DNA of 63,998 nt, counting the filler, from Rhabdomonas costata (taxonomy: Eukaryota), in assembly GCA_019059605.1 (NCBI GenBank). It is 32 parts of 32 records of this genome, joined end to end, with 100 filler letters (N's around TTAATTAATTAA, not from the genome) between each part and the next. Parts side by side here need not be neighbours in the genome. Positions count along the whole stretch, not along the records: positions 48,106 to 50,008 come from JAHMHO010007575.1; positions 50,109 to 52,010 come from JAHMHO010007576.1; positions 52,111 to 54,013 come from JAHMHO010007577.1; positions 54,114 to 56,015 come from JAHMHO010007578.1; positions 56,116 to 58,016 come from JAHMHO010007579.1; positions 58,117 to 60,018 come from JAHMHO010007580.1; positions 60,119 to 62,015 come from JAHMHO010007581.1; 25 more parts are not named here. One strand, given 5' to 3'. Under the pieces are notes generated by a model. That model was not told the DNA's origin and did not search any database. It saw nothing but the letters and a program-made list of their open reading frames with translations. Positions 49,286 through 62,000 of the stretch are shown here, in pieces (the first letter of the stretch is position 1; every line of letters starts with the position of its first letter). The translations under genes and the position numbers were made by a program.

Positions 49286-49885
49286 CTTTGAAATAGGGAT
49301 GGAAATGCACTGCCGGCGTGAGGGTGAGAGAACCCCCTCTCACACAGCGAAACTCTTCAGCTTCCCTAAGCCACAGAATAACGCCAAAATGTGTGCGCGA
49401 AGACTTTTTTGAATTTGGGGCAAGGATAAGACATACATAACACATAAATAAATTACATAATAGGGGTATATAAGTAATTCACGAAATAGGGGTGGTTCCT
49501 ACGCGCTCCCCCGACCGCCCCCCGCAGCCGCAGCCGCAGCCGCAGCACCAGCAGCAGCAGGGGGCTTTCTTTTTATGTTTTGTAGGCAAGGACTGGGGAT
49601 GGTAAGAAAAAAGGTACCCTTTCCGTTTGCAAAAAGGGGAAGCCGAAGGCCGAGTGGAAGAGATTTATACCAAAAAAATGATTACATTCAGTAATGTAAG
49701 CCTGGGATATCGCAGGGAAGGCGCCTGGCCCGGCGCGCCCCGGGTGGGGAGTTATGGTTGGCCGCAGCGGATATGGAGATATATATGCGGTCTTGCTTAA
49801 GGTCGTTTGCATTCTTGGTTTTGCATTGGCGAGGTCACGAGGTCACTCTTTTCTTTTCGTTTGATCGACACTGCATATGGTGCAG

Positions 49886-50005
49886 GGTCTTGCACCGTCC
49901 CCGCCAGAGATGGGCCCGATCGTTGTGGTGAGCCAATCCGCGGCTGCCCTGGATGACCTTCTTGCGCCCGTCATTGAGCGGTTCTCCAACCCGTTGTGCC
50001 CAAAG
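49886..50005 (+). CDS. Putative exon resembling motif Ia of Upf1/ZNFX1-like SF1 helicases
   Basis: A TGCAG acceptor precedes GPIVVVSQSAAALDDLLAPVIE, resembling PILVVxxTNxALDxxL. Confidence 0.45.
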
Positions 50006-50108
50006 GTGNNNNNNNNNNNNNNNNNNNNNNNNNNNNNNNNNNNNNNNNNNNNTTAATTAATTAANNNNNNNNNNNNNNNNNNNNNNNNNNNNNNNNNNNN
50101 NNNNNNNN

Positions 50109-51200
50109 TTTTTGGGGGAATAGGCTGCGCTTGCGAAGGCTTGAGCGCGCTTCGAAGATGAGATCCCAACTCTGCAGCTTCAAACCTCAGAAGTTCCTTG
50201 GAGTTTTCCTGTCCACCATCTCTGGCCTTTAACTCGTCAATTTCCTTTCGGAGAAGGGCATTTTGTAGCAAGGCACATTCCAGGCAGTGCGTCTTCTCAT
50301 CGTGATCTGCACGAACCTGTTGGAGACGAGCGTGCGCAGTCGCAAGCTCGCAGCGCACCGCCTGCAAGGAAGCCTGCTCAGCCTGCTGGGCCTCACGAAC
50401 ACCCTTCAGCTCATTCTCCAGCCGCGAGCACCGCGCCTCAAGAGCGGTTTTCTCCGTCAAACTGAATGCCATATGTGCTCCCTCTTGCTTTTGCCTTTCT
50501 ATCTCGCTCAGTTTCTTGCCGAACATCTCCCGCTCCTTTTCCAGTAGACAGCGCAAGGCTTGCACCTCTCCGTCCTTCTTTGCCAGCTCAGAGCTTGTGA
50601 ACTTATCGGTTAATGTCCGCCCGATGGTTGGGTCCATGGAGATGCCGACTCCTGCAGCCTCAAGTCGTCCCATTTGCTCTTTACCCTCCAATCTGCTGCC
50701 TGAGGTTTCTGCAGAGGAACGGTGGGCTCGGTTTTCGGCAGATAGCTCGTCCACCATTGCACGTAGGGATTCCAACTCTCTGTTCAGCCTAACAATGGTG
50801 TTGCCTTTTTCGGCTTCCGAAGCGCTATATCTCTGTGTCTGAGCCTGCAGTAGCTCTTTCAATCCCGCGATCTCCCTCTTCTGTGATGCTGAATCCGCCT
50901 TCAGCTCGACATTCTCAAGGACGAGTTTGTCACGGAGAGCTTTGATATCCCGGAGCTCTGCCTCCGCTCCCCTTTCTGGGTTTGCAGGAACAGAAGCTCT
51001 CTCACCTTGCCGGGGTGTGTGGTGTGCTCGACCCGGAGCTCGGAGAGTTCCATCTTCAAGACCTGCGTCTGAGCGTAGGACGTGCTTTGCGGACGTCCTT
51101 CCTGGGACGTGTGAGGAGCAAGTGGAGATTCTACTTTTGGTGGAGGAGCAGCCGCCCGTTCAGGCGAGAAGCTCAAAGCCCTGGGTTCCGGCGTCTGCAT
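50109..51200 (-). CDS. Long coiled-coil protein, internal exon(s)
   Basis: A stop-free frame of about 1 kb is heptad-rich in E/K/R/L/A. The 5' exon limit is ambiguous between two frames. Confidence 0.8.
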
Positions 51201-52110
51201 CTGGGTCAAAACATGTTAAGCCCAAAAAGGCTGCGAAGGACGGGGAAAATGAAAAGGGAACAGTGGCACTCTGAAAAATCGGTTACCTGGGGCTAGTGAC
51301 GATTAATTGTGCTCGCTACCTTAATTATGGGTAAACCCTTGCTGATACTTTTGTTGTGTGAACATACTTAGAAAATATCGGCAGAAGGGGAGGGGTCCGT
51401 GAAAAACAATTGTGCGCCCACCGCCGACCACAAGTGCTTGCCGATAGTTTTTCATTGTTTTTTATTCTCGCTGTTCACCATGCGCATCATTGGTGAGGTA
51501 CGAAAAGACCGGAACATCGTCGAACCACGTGGCTGTGTCACCTTGCGAATGTCAGCGCTTAGAGGCAAATCTCTTGAAAAAACCTCATCGAAGACACTCA
51601 GTTGAACAGCGAGGCACTTTGTTGCGATGAGTTGCAAGGGAGTACCTTGGAAAAAACGACACCCGAACGGATTGCAGAGTGTTCGTGCCTCTGCAGTCAG
51701 CAACAAAATAGCAAAGCTGAGTCACGATACACAAAAAGTGAGTACGAAGCAAAGGTGCAGCATTACAGATCAAAGCCCTGCCGATGCTGATCGGAGAACC
51801 AAAGAAAACGATCCGAACGAAGCGAAAAAAAAGGACAAAAATAACAACGAGGGCTAAAAACAATCCTTACAATGCGCCCGAGCGTCCCACCTTCATCCGA
51901 ACTTGATTGGGGTGAAGGCCGTTGCGGCGCCGCACGTACTCCACCACTGCAGTGCTCAGCGGCTTCAGCCGATCGCAGATGCACACCAAGGCCTCCACCG
52001 AGCTCACCCCNNNNNNNNNNNNNNNNNNNNNNNNNNNNNNNNNNNNNNNNNNNNTTAATTAATTAANNNNNNNNNNNNNNNNNNNNNNNNNNNNNNNNNN
52101 NNNNNNNNNN

Positions 52111-52819
52111 TTCGGTGCGGTCTACGTCACTGCCGGACTGCTTGCCGCGGCAAAGATGGAGGGTAAAGGTACCCCGTGATCTCTCTTCCTCTCACACACA
52201 AATCCTTTCTTAGAGGGGGGGGGGTGACTTTTTCGCGAGGTGCCCTTCGACTCATAATACATGGCCCTTAGCGTCCATTTTCCTCCCTGCGTGCGCACAG
52301 GGGTGCTCCTCACGGTTGGCGCTGTGCTTCGGACCTATCTTTTTTACGCCGTGGTATGGCTGTGCCTGGACGTGGTCCTGTTCTACGGCGGTTTGGTGCC
52401 CTCCACCCAAGTCCTGCTAGTGAACGCTGTGCGGGCGGCTGTGGTTTTTCCCGCGATGTCCTACCTCCTGCACAAGCAAGAGGGCCTGAGCGAAGCTCGT
52501 CCCGCCAGCAAGGCATCCTTCTCTGCACACTTTTGCTGCGAAGGAATTTTGTCCTGGAATGAAGGCTGGCTTCCTGGAATGAAGGAGGGAATATTAGTAT
52601 TGCGGTTCACGGTGCTTCGCCTGCACTGCACTCCATTGACGATTCAAAATAGTCACCCGCACACACGCCCGCCTTTATTTAAGATTCACCTAATTAATGT
52701 ATACCTCGTTTACCTTCCACTGCCCACGGTACTTGGGTTTTCGTTTGACTTAGCTTTGCCTTTTGTTTCACCTCCACCGTCCTTGGTTGGTCTGTGTGCA
52801 GGCATCCCGCGGAAGTTAG
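52111..52819 (+). CDS. Multi-pass membrane protein, C-terminal exons 52111-52162, 52301-~52512, possibly 52802-52819
   Basis: The in-frame GT-AG intron 52163-52300 joins hydrophobic helices (VLRTYLFYAVVWLCLDVVLFYGG; LLVNAVRAAVVFPAMSYLL). Confidence 0.6.
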
Positions 52820-55800
52820 TTAGGTCGCCGTTTGTCGCGGAGCCGTGATGCCAAGCCTCCCGTCTCAGCAGGGCGGCCACTGTTCGTTCATTTTCCAGCC
52901 CGCTGTCTGCAGTTCGAAGGGGCATCCTTTTCTTTCCCCCTCCTTCTCCGATACGCCGACGTTTGCAGTGTGCGGCTGAAAAACTAAAGTTGTGTCGGAT
53001 GGGGAAACACCTGAGTCGAGCGGATGAAGTGAAGCCTTGAATTGTATCGGGCTGCGGAAAAGGAATTGTCGGTCGGGAGGAGATGGTCATGTTCGATTCG
53101 GGCGTTCTGCTTGGCTGCAATTAGGCAATCCATTATCGCGTTGTTATCAGTGTCTGAAATCAAAAGATTGCGGTCCGCGTTGAGATTCGATGTCAACATA
53201 TCCGGAGAGTTGAGCATTTAGCAGATTTTTATCTATGGTGACACTTCACCTCTCCACAACCCACCCTCACGTCAGGTCTCCCAACGGGCCCTTCCTTCTT
53301 TCCTCTTGTGCAGCGATCACTTTTGTGGCGTTTCTTTGTCACCCTTTGCTTCATTTTTTGAATGTCCTTTGTGCTTTGACGCGTTGATATTTCTGAAGAG
53401 CCTCAAAACGAATGGTGGTGTGGTGTCCCCGACTCCCGCTTTTATTTCTGTTTTGTTGCGTCGGTCGATAGCTCTGGCAAACTTTCTTTGACCTACCTTT
53501 GGACTTGTTCATGGGCCTTTTTGTTGTGTGCGCGTCATTCTCTCCTGGGAACACAAATCACTCTTCGCTTCTTGTCTCATTCTTCTCTGTCTTAGGCAAA
53601 CTCGACGATGGACGCGTATACGCGCCGAATGAAGGCCGCTGAACTGGTGTTCTTTCTTTCCCTCCTCTGACGTTTTTCCACTCTCTTTTCAACTCTTTCT
53701 TCTTTTCCCCGTCGGACCCGTTGGACACTGTATGCCGGAAACGAGGCCAGCCGAGTGCGCGTTTGTAATCCGCATCTCTTTTTGCCCTCGGTCCCGAACT
53801 GCCCGCACGGTTTGTTTCTAGAGGCCTGACCGGGGTTTGGGTTCTCATGCAGTGCGACGAGGACGTGGCTCTGGATGCGCTTCTGAGCCAGTGAGGAGAG
53901 AAGCTCATCGTGATACTGTGACCTTGTCTTTAAACCACAGCTCCAAGTGAAAATGGTTATGATTCTGTGGCACGCATTTTTGTCTGGTTCGCATCGGCCA
54001 TAGCAAACCACACNNNNNNNNNNNNNNNNNNNNNNNNNNNNNNNNNNNNNNNNNNNNTTAATTAATTAANNNNNNNNNNNNNNNNNNNNNNNNNNNNNNN
54101 NNNNNNNNNNNNNGTGGTGTTTGATTCTGGAGGCACGCAAGCTAGGATTTCTGTGTTGTTTGTTTCTGCCTTCCTGAGTTCTGTTCTTTTTTAAGAGGTT
54201 TGGGGTTGAAGTTGAAGGTTCTTGGGTTGAAGGTTCTGAGTTGGGGTTCATGCGTTGTGGAGTGGGAGTTCATGCTTTCTGTCTTCTGATTTGGGTTTCA
54301 TTCTGTATTCGGTGTCGGTGCCAACAAGTGCATGGATGGTGGTTACCTTGGGTGTTAGATATTCGATGTTGGGATAATTTGCCATGGTGCCTCTTTAGTG
54401 GCCTCTTCAAAACTGACTGGCTTGAGATCTTTGACCAACGGGAGCTGGAGGTTGTGGTACAGCGCGTTGATCATGTACGCGTCTATGAGTTTGGTAGCAA
54501 AGACACAAAATATTACTCGATGGTAAGGCTCGTCTCGTTGATGGTAAGATGACAAAAACGCAATAGAAAAGTGAATTTTGGTGCCTACAACGTCGACTTG
54601 GTTTGTGTTAATCAACAGCAGAAGGTATGCTATTGAAGGTGGTGTTGGCGCGTCAAATGACAACGTTTTAGCAGGTGGTTCAGATTTCGAAAAGTCGAGA
54701 AACGCCCACAAATCACAAGGAGCGCGGAAAGTCGCTGTAAATTGGGGCAAAACGCCACTAAATGCCCCACTTGGCCGTTCAACTGACTATGGGAAAGCTT
54801 TAACCACCAAGGCCCAGCACGTCCTCAAGAATGGCCAGGATGAAGCATGGAATCCCGTGGTGTTGATGTAAAAAAGTACCGCAGACCAACCTCGATTCAT
54901 TCCGATGTTAATTTTCAAAAAAGTGATCCATGGTCCCTTTTTGGAAAAGGGTACTAATATCGGAGGTTAGTAAACACAAAACCGGTTCCGGAAATCATTT
55001 TTCCACAATACAAAACTTTTGTCCCAAGGTCGAAAACAGCTGAAGACAAATGGGTATGAAATTGGAAAATGATGGGAATGAACGAACAAGCCCTCCTGAT
55101 GAAGACCATTTTGAAATTTTTTTGTGTTCCTTTCTTCGACGACCGCCGTCTTACGTGCGCTGTTCCCGGCGTTGGACTTGTCGAAACCCACCATTCCATA
55201 CGAATACGCCGAAACACCGCATCAAAGAAGCCACGAAAGGCAGTGGACAGACAAGGGCGGCACGGGATGGCAAAGTTTCCTAAATAGGTTTTGGGGCAAA
55301 CGGGCGGCCATGTCGTGCGGGCCCGCTGCAATACCCGGGTGCGGTCCTTGACGATTTCGCTCTTGCATGGGCGGCGCCGGCGCCCCAAATTCCATGAAGA
55401 CCGTTGTCGGTGCGGGGGCTTCCCAACGGACGCGGAAGACGGGCACCCCAACGGTATGGGGCTTGGAAACCCAAGGGGGTATTGGGCGGGGGAAAGCAGG
55501 GTATTGGGCAACCTGGAGCGTATAGGCGCCCACCCTTTTGCGGAGCGCGACTGCGATTTTCTGTCTCGCAGGCGGCATCTGTCACCCCATTAAACCAGAA
55601 ACCTAACGCGGTCGGTCCAGAAGCGAAGCGCGTACCTGGTAAAAGGCTGCGCCTGAAACTGCGCGCCCTCGCGACCCTACGCTCCAAAGGTGTCGGCAGC
55701 CACTGGGAGAAACTCGGGCCCTGCCTGGACGGATGGATTATCTGACTTAGCTGTAAGAAAGAATTATTCTATTCAGCGTAAAGCCTTATTTAGGATGCAG

Positions 55801-57908
55801 GGCGACGCGCTCAACCAAGGGCAAAGAGGGCAGTGATTACACGTGATTTTGATAGCGCCCGCTCGATCCACAAACCATGGACCAGAAATAATCGCATTTA
55901 CAGATGCAAAACGAACCAGCTGGCATTTTGGCGATGGCCGCTTTTTGCACGGTTGGTTCAAAAACAGGTGAATAATTAAATTTGTTTCACCAAATTAATA
56001 TCTGCCAAACAAAAANNNNNNNNNNNNNNNNNNNNNNNNNNNNNNNNNNNNNNNNNNNNTTAATTAATTAANNNNNNNNNNNNNNNNNNNNNNNNNNNNN
56101 NNNNNNNNNNNNNNNGTGGTGGGGGGGTCAATCAGAGCCACCCCCACAGTTCCAGCGAAGAGTCTGTTGACTTGGCAAGCCGAAATCTCAACACATACCC
56201 ACATGGAAACAAGTGCAGCAAATGCGTGATGCCCCCTCTCCAAAAGACGGTCTGCGCATGTTCAATGATTCAGAAGTCAACCATCACCCGCCGTAAAGCC
56301 AATCCTCTGTGCTCAGAGCAAAGGTTACCGAATGAGGGGGGGGGGCAACCAACCCTACAGGTTCGGTTGGGCACCAAAGAGCTTGAACCACCACTAGCAT
56401 GGCGCAGCGCACAAGAGACCCCCAAACGCAGGCAGCATCAGCACGGTGCCAATATAAACGCGTCGACTGAAACGAAGAAGGTGCCTTTGTTTGCACAGCA
56501 GCAGCGGAAGGGAAAGTACGAAGTACTTTTAGCGCCGGGGGTGGGGGTAAACCCAAAGAAGAAAACGAAAACAACGTCTGGTTTGTATTTCGAGGGGCAA
56601 GATTCTAGAAAACATCTGCACACAGCCGCAATGCGTCAAGACAGCCTGCGTAGGGTTCACACCATGCCTGACCTTTATTTAACGTGGCGCGCGGCCAGGA
56701 TTGCATGTAGGGGTGAGTGTAAGTATGAGCCCTGAACTAGGTGAAGGGGAAGACTGTGCAGAAGAAAAGGAGGGGGAAGGCTGAGTGGAAGAAAGAACAG
56801 GGGAAGGGTCAAGGACAAGGGTCATCCCACCGGGGGAAAGTCACCCAGTGAAAGGGAGCCCGACCGAGGCAACTTCAGAGCAGCATCAAAGCCCAACTTT
56901 TCTGTACGGCGACGCAGCTGTGCGGTTGTGCCTTGTTTCGTATATGAGCATATGAGGAAACAAAAAGGCGCGCGGCTGAGCGAAAGAGACCATGTTCAAG
57001 CATGGCAACGGTAAAAACACCTTCCCCCTTCTACCCAATGCCACTGCTTCTCTGGGCTCGCTCCCGGAGGACAGCAAGCACACTTCGGCTCAGAGTATGC
57101 TCGGGGTGCGCCACAACGGCTGAGGACAGCGCTTTAAGGGTCGCCCTGAGGTTTCCTGTGAAAGTGCGGCGGAAGAAGGGAAGGGGTGTGAGCGTGGGTT
57201 GCCAAAGGAGGAGAGGCCAGCCAAAAAAAAATTGCAAAAAAAAACAAGCACAAGACGTTGCTCAACCGCCGCTTTGGCACCCATAAATAAACGTTGGTCG
57301 GTAAAAAAATTCGCCCGTCAGTTGGCTTGCCAACTTTCACTTTCAGTTTGTGTCCCCAGTGTTTGTATCTCTGGGCGGAACTGGGCCGCAATGCTTCTGT
57401 TTAGAGCAGCGCTGAAGGCAAATATTGGAGTATTCTCGTCTTTTTTTCACTGCGAAACATCACAGATGAGTTCTCGTGGAATTCTTGCAGTAGCAGTATT
57501 CTCGTCTCGACCCTTAGGGAAAGTCGCTAGGGCCTAAGACCAAGCACAGGAAACATGAACTTCCGCTCGCCCCTCAAGACACGCACTCGTGCCCAGGCTG
57601 CGGCATGCAGATGGACAACTTCGAAGACCACGCTCTGTCATGTCTGTCTCTATACCCGACACAATGACCCCCATAACGAGCCGGCGGACTGCCAGGTTGA
57701 CATCGAGTCAGGAGCAACGGAAACGGCCAGGTGTCGAGCTGATCTACTGGCATTGTCACTCCCCAACTGCGGTGGACACAACCGTAGTGCACACTCTGCA
57801 TCCTTCGGAAAAATTGGCGGGCATCCAAGCTGGAATTCTAGCTTTGCCTTGACACAGGGCTTATTGGAGAAAGCAGCCATCCTGGCTTGCCGGGGGCGCG
57901 TCGCTGCC

Positions 57909-58015
57909 TTGGTACTGCGGTCTGTGGGGAGGCAGTGGGTTTGGTGCGGACCGGATGCTGAGGGAGCTGGGGCTCCGCACCAAACCCACTGCCTCCCCAC
58001 AGACCGCAGTACCAA
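57909..58015. repeat. Terminal inverted repeat (42-bp perfect arms 57909-57950 / 57974-58015), probable fold-back chimera
   Basis: It runs to the contig end. Confidence 0.9.
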
Positions 58016-59512
58016 ANNNNNNNNNNNNNNNNNNNNNNNNNNNNNNNNNNNNNNNNNNNNTTAATTAATTAANNNNNNNNNNNNNNNNNNNNNNNNNNNN
58101 NNNNNNNNNNNNNNNNATTACTTTGTTTTCGCCAGCCTGTCCTGTATCCATACAATTTCCGTATCGTCGATGGCCAGGCAGTGTCGTTACCCCCGCCAAC
58201 TACACCGTGCGTCTTGGATCCCCCCCTTCCGAGAGGTTTGGGGCTAATGGGATCCTGCGTCCACGCCCATCTTGCTTGGAGAAAATACAACGGGCCAGAA
58301 AGGTCTCACAGGTTCTGATGGAGAACTCCCCACACAGCTCGTTTCTTTTTATGTATCCTCCCACTTATCATCCTTACACGTACTCCTTCACACGTCAATT
58401 TCTGTCCCTTCCTGCCTGCAAGTAGTATGCCTGCACCTTCTACCAGATTGCGTTACGTTTTTGGACGTGGAAGAACGGGTGTGCTGTTAGTTGGGTGTCT
58501 CGTTGAATCTGTGCAGACTACCCGTTCATGTTCTTTTGGTACTGCCCTGGTGGAGAGGCCCGTGCCGCCACAGCCAATTTGACGAAACCTCTCCGTTCAC
58601 CAGGTGGCCCTTGCTCCTCTCAGACACAAACATGAACTTTTTGCTCTTCTGTGGTTGTGTGTTTTTTGGGTTCGGCGTTGCGTTTTGCGTTGGGTTTTAT
58701 CCTTGTTTTAGATGTTTCTTCTTTGACTTAGGGACAGTTATGTTTGTTTGTTCGCGTTTGTGCATGTTTTTGTTTATGTTTGTGCGATGAGAAGTTGGAG
58801 AAGATACTGTCTACCTTCTTTTTGGTTGTGTTTGCATACTCGAGGGGGAGCTTTCTTTCTTTCATAGTCGCGATATCTTTCACTCTTTCACTGAGCCCCT
58901 GGCGCCAGAGAAAACCGGTCGGCAAAGAAGGACTTCGAACTTCACCCACCGCTGTCTCTCATTTTAGGGTTCTACGACTGCATAAAATGCATGCCCTGTA
59001 CAAATTTTGACTTTGACGGTGGCCCAGATAAAAGTGGAACTCTTGAAACGGTACCAAGCTTTCATATGGGGAACTTTCCCGGAAAGAAAAGGAGAATCAG
59101 CTGCAAGGCAAGCATGTTGGTTTGTTTACTCGCGGAAAAAGGAATGCTCGAGCTCATTTTCAAGCCTACGCGTTTGGAAGCTTCCTCGGGCGAAGGTTAA
59201 AAAACACTGACTAAAACACTGCAAACCTAAGTTGGTGTTTTGTGGATCCGAAGGAAAGGGTCAGCCAGCAATGAATTGCTGCCATTTTGGTGGGCTAAAC
59301 CGAAGCAGGCTTGGAGTCGTCTGCATGACAGTATTTTGGTGGGTATTTTGGATAATTTGGTGTGGAGTGCTGTTCCTTTTCTTGGCTGTTTAGCCCCTTT
59401 GTGTGTGCCTCACTCTGGTGGGTGTAGGTGTTATAAACCCAACTTATGTGCTGGGTGACTTCAGCTAAATTAGGTGTACCGGTTGCTTCCCTCATCCTCC
59501 ACCTAAATAGAA

Positions 59513-60016
59513 TCAAGAATGAGGGCGGCGGAGTGGGGCTACAAAGAGTACAAAGAGAGCTTTGATTTGGCGTTTTTGTGTGCACGGCTTCTTCAATTCG
59601 AAGATTGCGAATTTGATGTCACCCTCATCCCTGTTCGCACTCACAGTAGACCCGTGTGGTGCGAGGTTTCTGTGTCTGCAGAAGGTGGGGAGAGGGGATA
59701 TCGGGTGGTGGAGCCACACTGCGATGAACTCTGTGATCATTTTCAAAAGATGTGTTGCATGGTGCATGCGACGGGGTCAGTCTGCTTCCCGGGAGGGGGG
59801 CGGGAGGACGATTTTCTTTATGGGGAGGCTGGGGAAACGTTCTTGTGTGCTTTGGTCGCAGATCCAAAGCGGCGCAATGAGGTTCGGTGTGATAAAATTC
59901 CGCGGAACACCCCGAATAAGAAGGCCTGTGACGAAGCCTGCCAGCAGGCCATTCAGAAGGACTGCACCCGTTGCCCAAGTGTGCATCACGCGTTGACCAC
60001 ACACTGTCACCCCCAC
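59513..60016 (-). pseudogene. Possible decayed intronless protein kinase
   Basis: One frame with internal stops carries FITPNLIAPLWIC, VWLHH, HRNLAPHG, IKFAIFEL and FVAP in kinase subdomain IV-VIII order. Confidence 0.4.
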
Positions 60017-60353
60017 CCNNNNNNNNNNNNNNNNNNNNNNNNNNNNNNNNNNNNNNNNNNNNTTAATTAATTAANNNNNNNNNNNNNNNNNNNNNNNNNN
60101 NNNNNNNNNNNNNNNNNNTGTGTGGGGGCTTATCCCTTCTGCCTTTCTCGCCATTTTCCTTCCTCCAGTTTTGAGGATATTAAAAAACTGCTTTATCTAT
60201 AGGCCTTTGTGTCCGCTGCAACGGATAATCTAATCACAGGACCTGTTGGTGTTAAGCACCTCCATGCTTCCTCTGCGCCGCAAGGCTCCTTATTTGTCAG
60301 TGGCGGTGGAAATGATGGATACGACCGATAAATGGGAAGCACCTCCTTGTCAG

Positions 60354-61524
60354 CGTCTGTGGTTTCGGCCGAAGGCAGCCTGCCGTATATGGGGTACGCC
60401 CCAGCCCCTCGGGAGGACCCTGTGGTGTGTGGGGTGAAGCGCTTCTGCTCGGTATTGTGTGGGGTCGCACCGACCACCGCAATAAGTGCTCTGGTGGGGC
60501 ATCTGCTCGACGTGCTGCGGGACTGGGGTCAGTGGGCCCGCCACCCGCACTGCGCGGTGCTGTTGAACCACCTCGTGCTCTTCGCGGCGCGAAACCCCGA
60601 GCTGCGGTCCCCTCCCTCTCTCCCTTCACACATCCTTTGTCCCCACACAAGCCTCCTCCTAGGGCTGTGGGTTAAATATCGCTATCGCAATCGCAGGTCT
60701 CCCCGCGGGCCTTCGGTAATCCTCAGGTTAATACAATGTCGCTATCACACATACCACCAGGAAAATCCATGTGAATGTCCTCGTGTCCGCTTGGGCGTTT
60801 GATTTGTTTTTTATGGTCCTGTAATATATCTTGCTTATTTTAAAAGGGAAAGAAGGGGAGTGCAATGGAAGAGGCCATAGCTTAAAAAGAAGCGGTACAA
60901 GGCAAAAAAGCTAGGGCCGTCAAGGGGCACGGGTGGTACCGGTCTGAGGGTGCAAGGACCGGTCGCACAGAGTTTCGGGAGGACAACTGTACACAGAAAA
61001 CCCCGGGCATGCTTGGGCTTTGCCCTCCATAATCCTGTGCTTGAATTTGATACGATAGGATTGTGGTGTTGAGAAACTTTGAGGATTCTCCTTTACGCTC
61101 TTTCTACCCTTGCTCATTCTGTTGATGGGAGGGTCCAGCGCCTCCCTTCCCTCCGTTCCCTTTCCTGCTCACCCATCTTGGCTGTAGGCTGTTTTTGGCA
61201 CTAATTCAATCTGATACTTCACCGCACATCCATCTCTTCTCTGTGGCTCTTTTTCTTCTTCTTCCTTTTTTGGATCCAACCGAAACCTAGCCTGGTACAG
61301 ATTCCGGCGACCATTGCTTTTCGTTTCATTCGTGCCCTCGCAGCCTCCCTGAAGCCATGTTCCAACTCGTCCTTCCGTTGCTGGATGAGTACCTGGAGTT
61401 CTGGCCCGTGCTTGAGGACTTCACGCAGCTCGTCCCGGCCAGTGCTTCGTGCGCCTCCTCCAGGCCCCTGCTCGAGGTGGAGGAAGGCGTGCGGATGCCC
61501 CTTTCCTCGGCCGTTGCCAGCCCG
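60354..61524 (+). CDS. Helical-repeat protein, TTI1-like; internal exons 60354-60606 and 61344-61524
   Basis: An in-frame GT-AG join gives ALVGHLLDVL...AVLLNHLVLFAA...LVLPLLDEYLEFW, which recalls the TTI1 middle region. Coding status is firmer than the name. Confidence 0.55.
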
Positions 61525-61806
61525 GTGCGCACCCGCGAGTGCTCTTTCATACGAAAGCCAGCTAAATTTCGTTGGTTCTGGTACGCCCCTGCGGTATGTC
61601 CAACCACATCCAAGGAATCCCAGATAATGCCCAATGTGCGTGTCCTGCCATGTCGTGCGCTCATCGCTCCTCCATCGTGACTTCTTCCTTCCGACTTATA
61701 CTTTGCTGCGAGACCTTTCGTCGACGTGCTGCAACGAGCTCCGAGTCAGTGCCTTGGTTGAGGTTCTGGATGTCTTGGCATCCGTTCCTGGGCCTGTGGG
61801 CATGGA

Positions 61807-62000
61807 CGAAATTTTGAATTGTTTGGTGTTCGAGGGTGAAGTAGTTAAACATATAGCGTTACCTGTGGGACAATGAAACAGAGCACTTTGTCATACAGTC
61901 GCCCGCGTGTGATTGACAAAGTGCTCTGTTTCATTGTCCCACAGGTAACGCTATATGTTTAACTACTTCACCCTCGAACACCAAACAATTCAAAATTTCG
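61807..62000. repeat. Terminal inverted repeat (87-bp perfect arms 61807-61893 / 61914-62000), probable fold-back chimera
   Basis: It continues with mismatches to the contig end. Confidence 0.9.

Noticed and set aside
54114..54330. G/T-rich contig starts and A/C-rich contig ends as telomere-like or strand-skewed elements
   Set aside because: They occur at most contig termini without a repeat unit, which is typical of untrimmed low-quality read tails.
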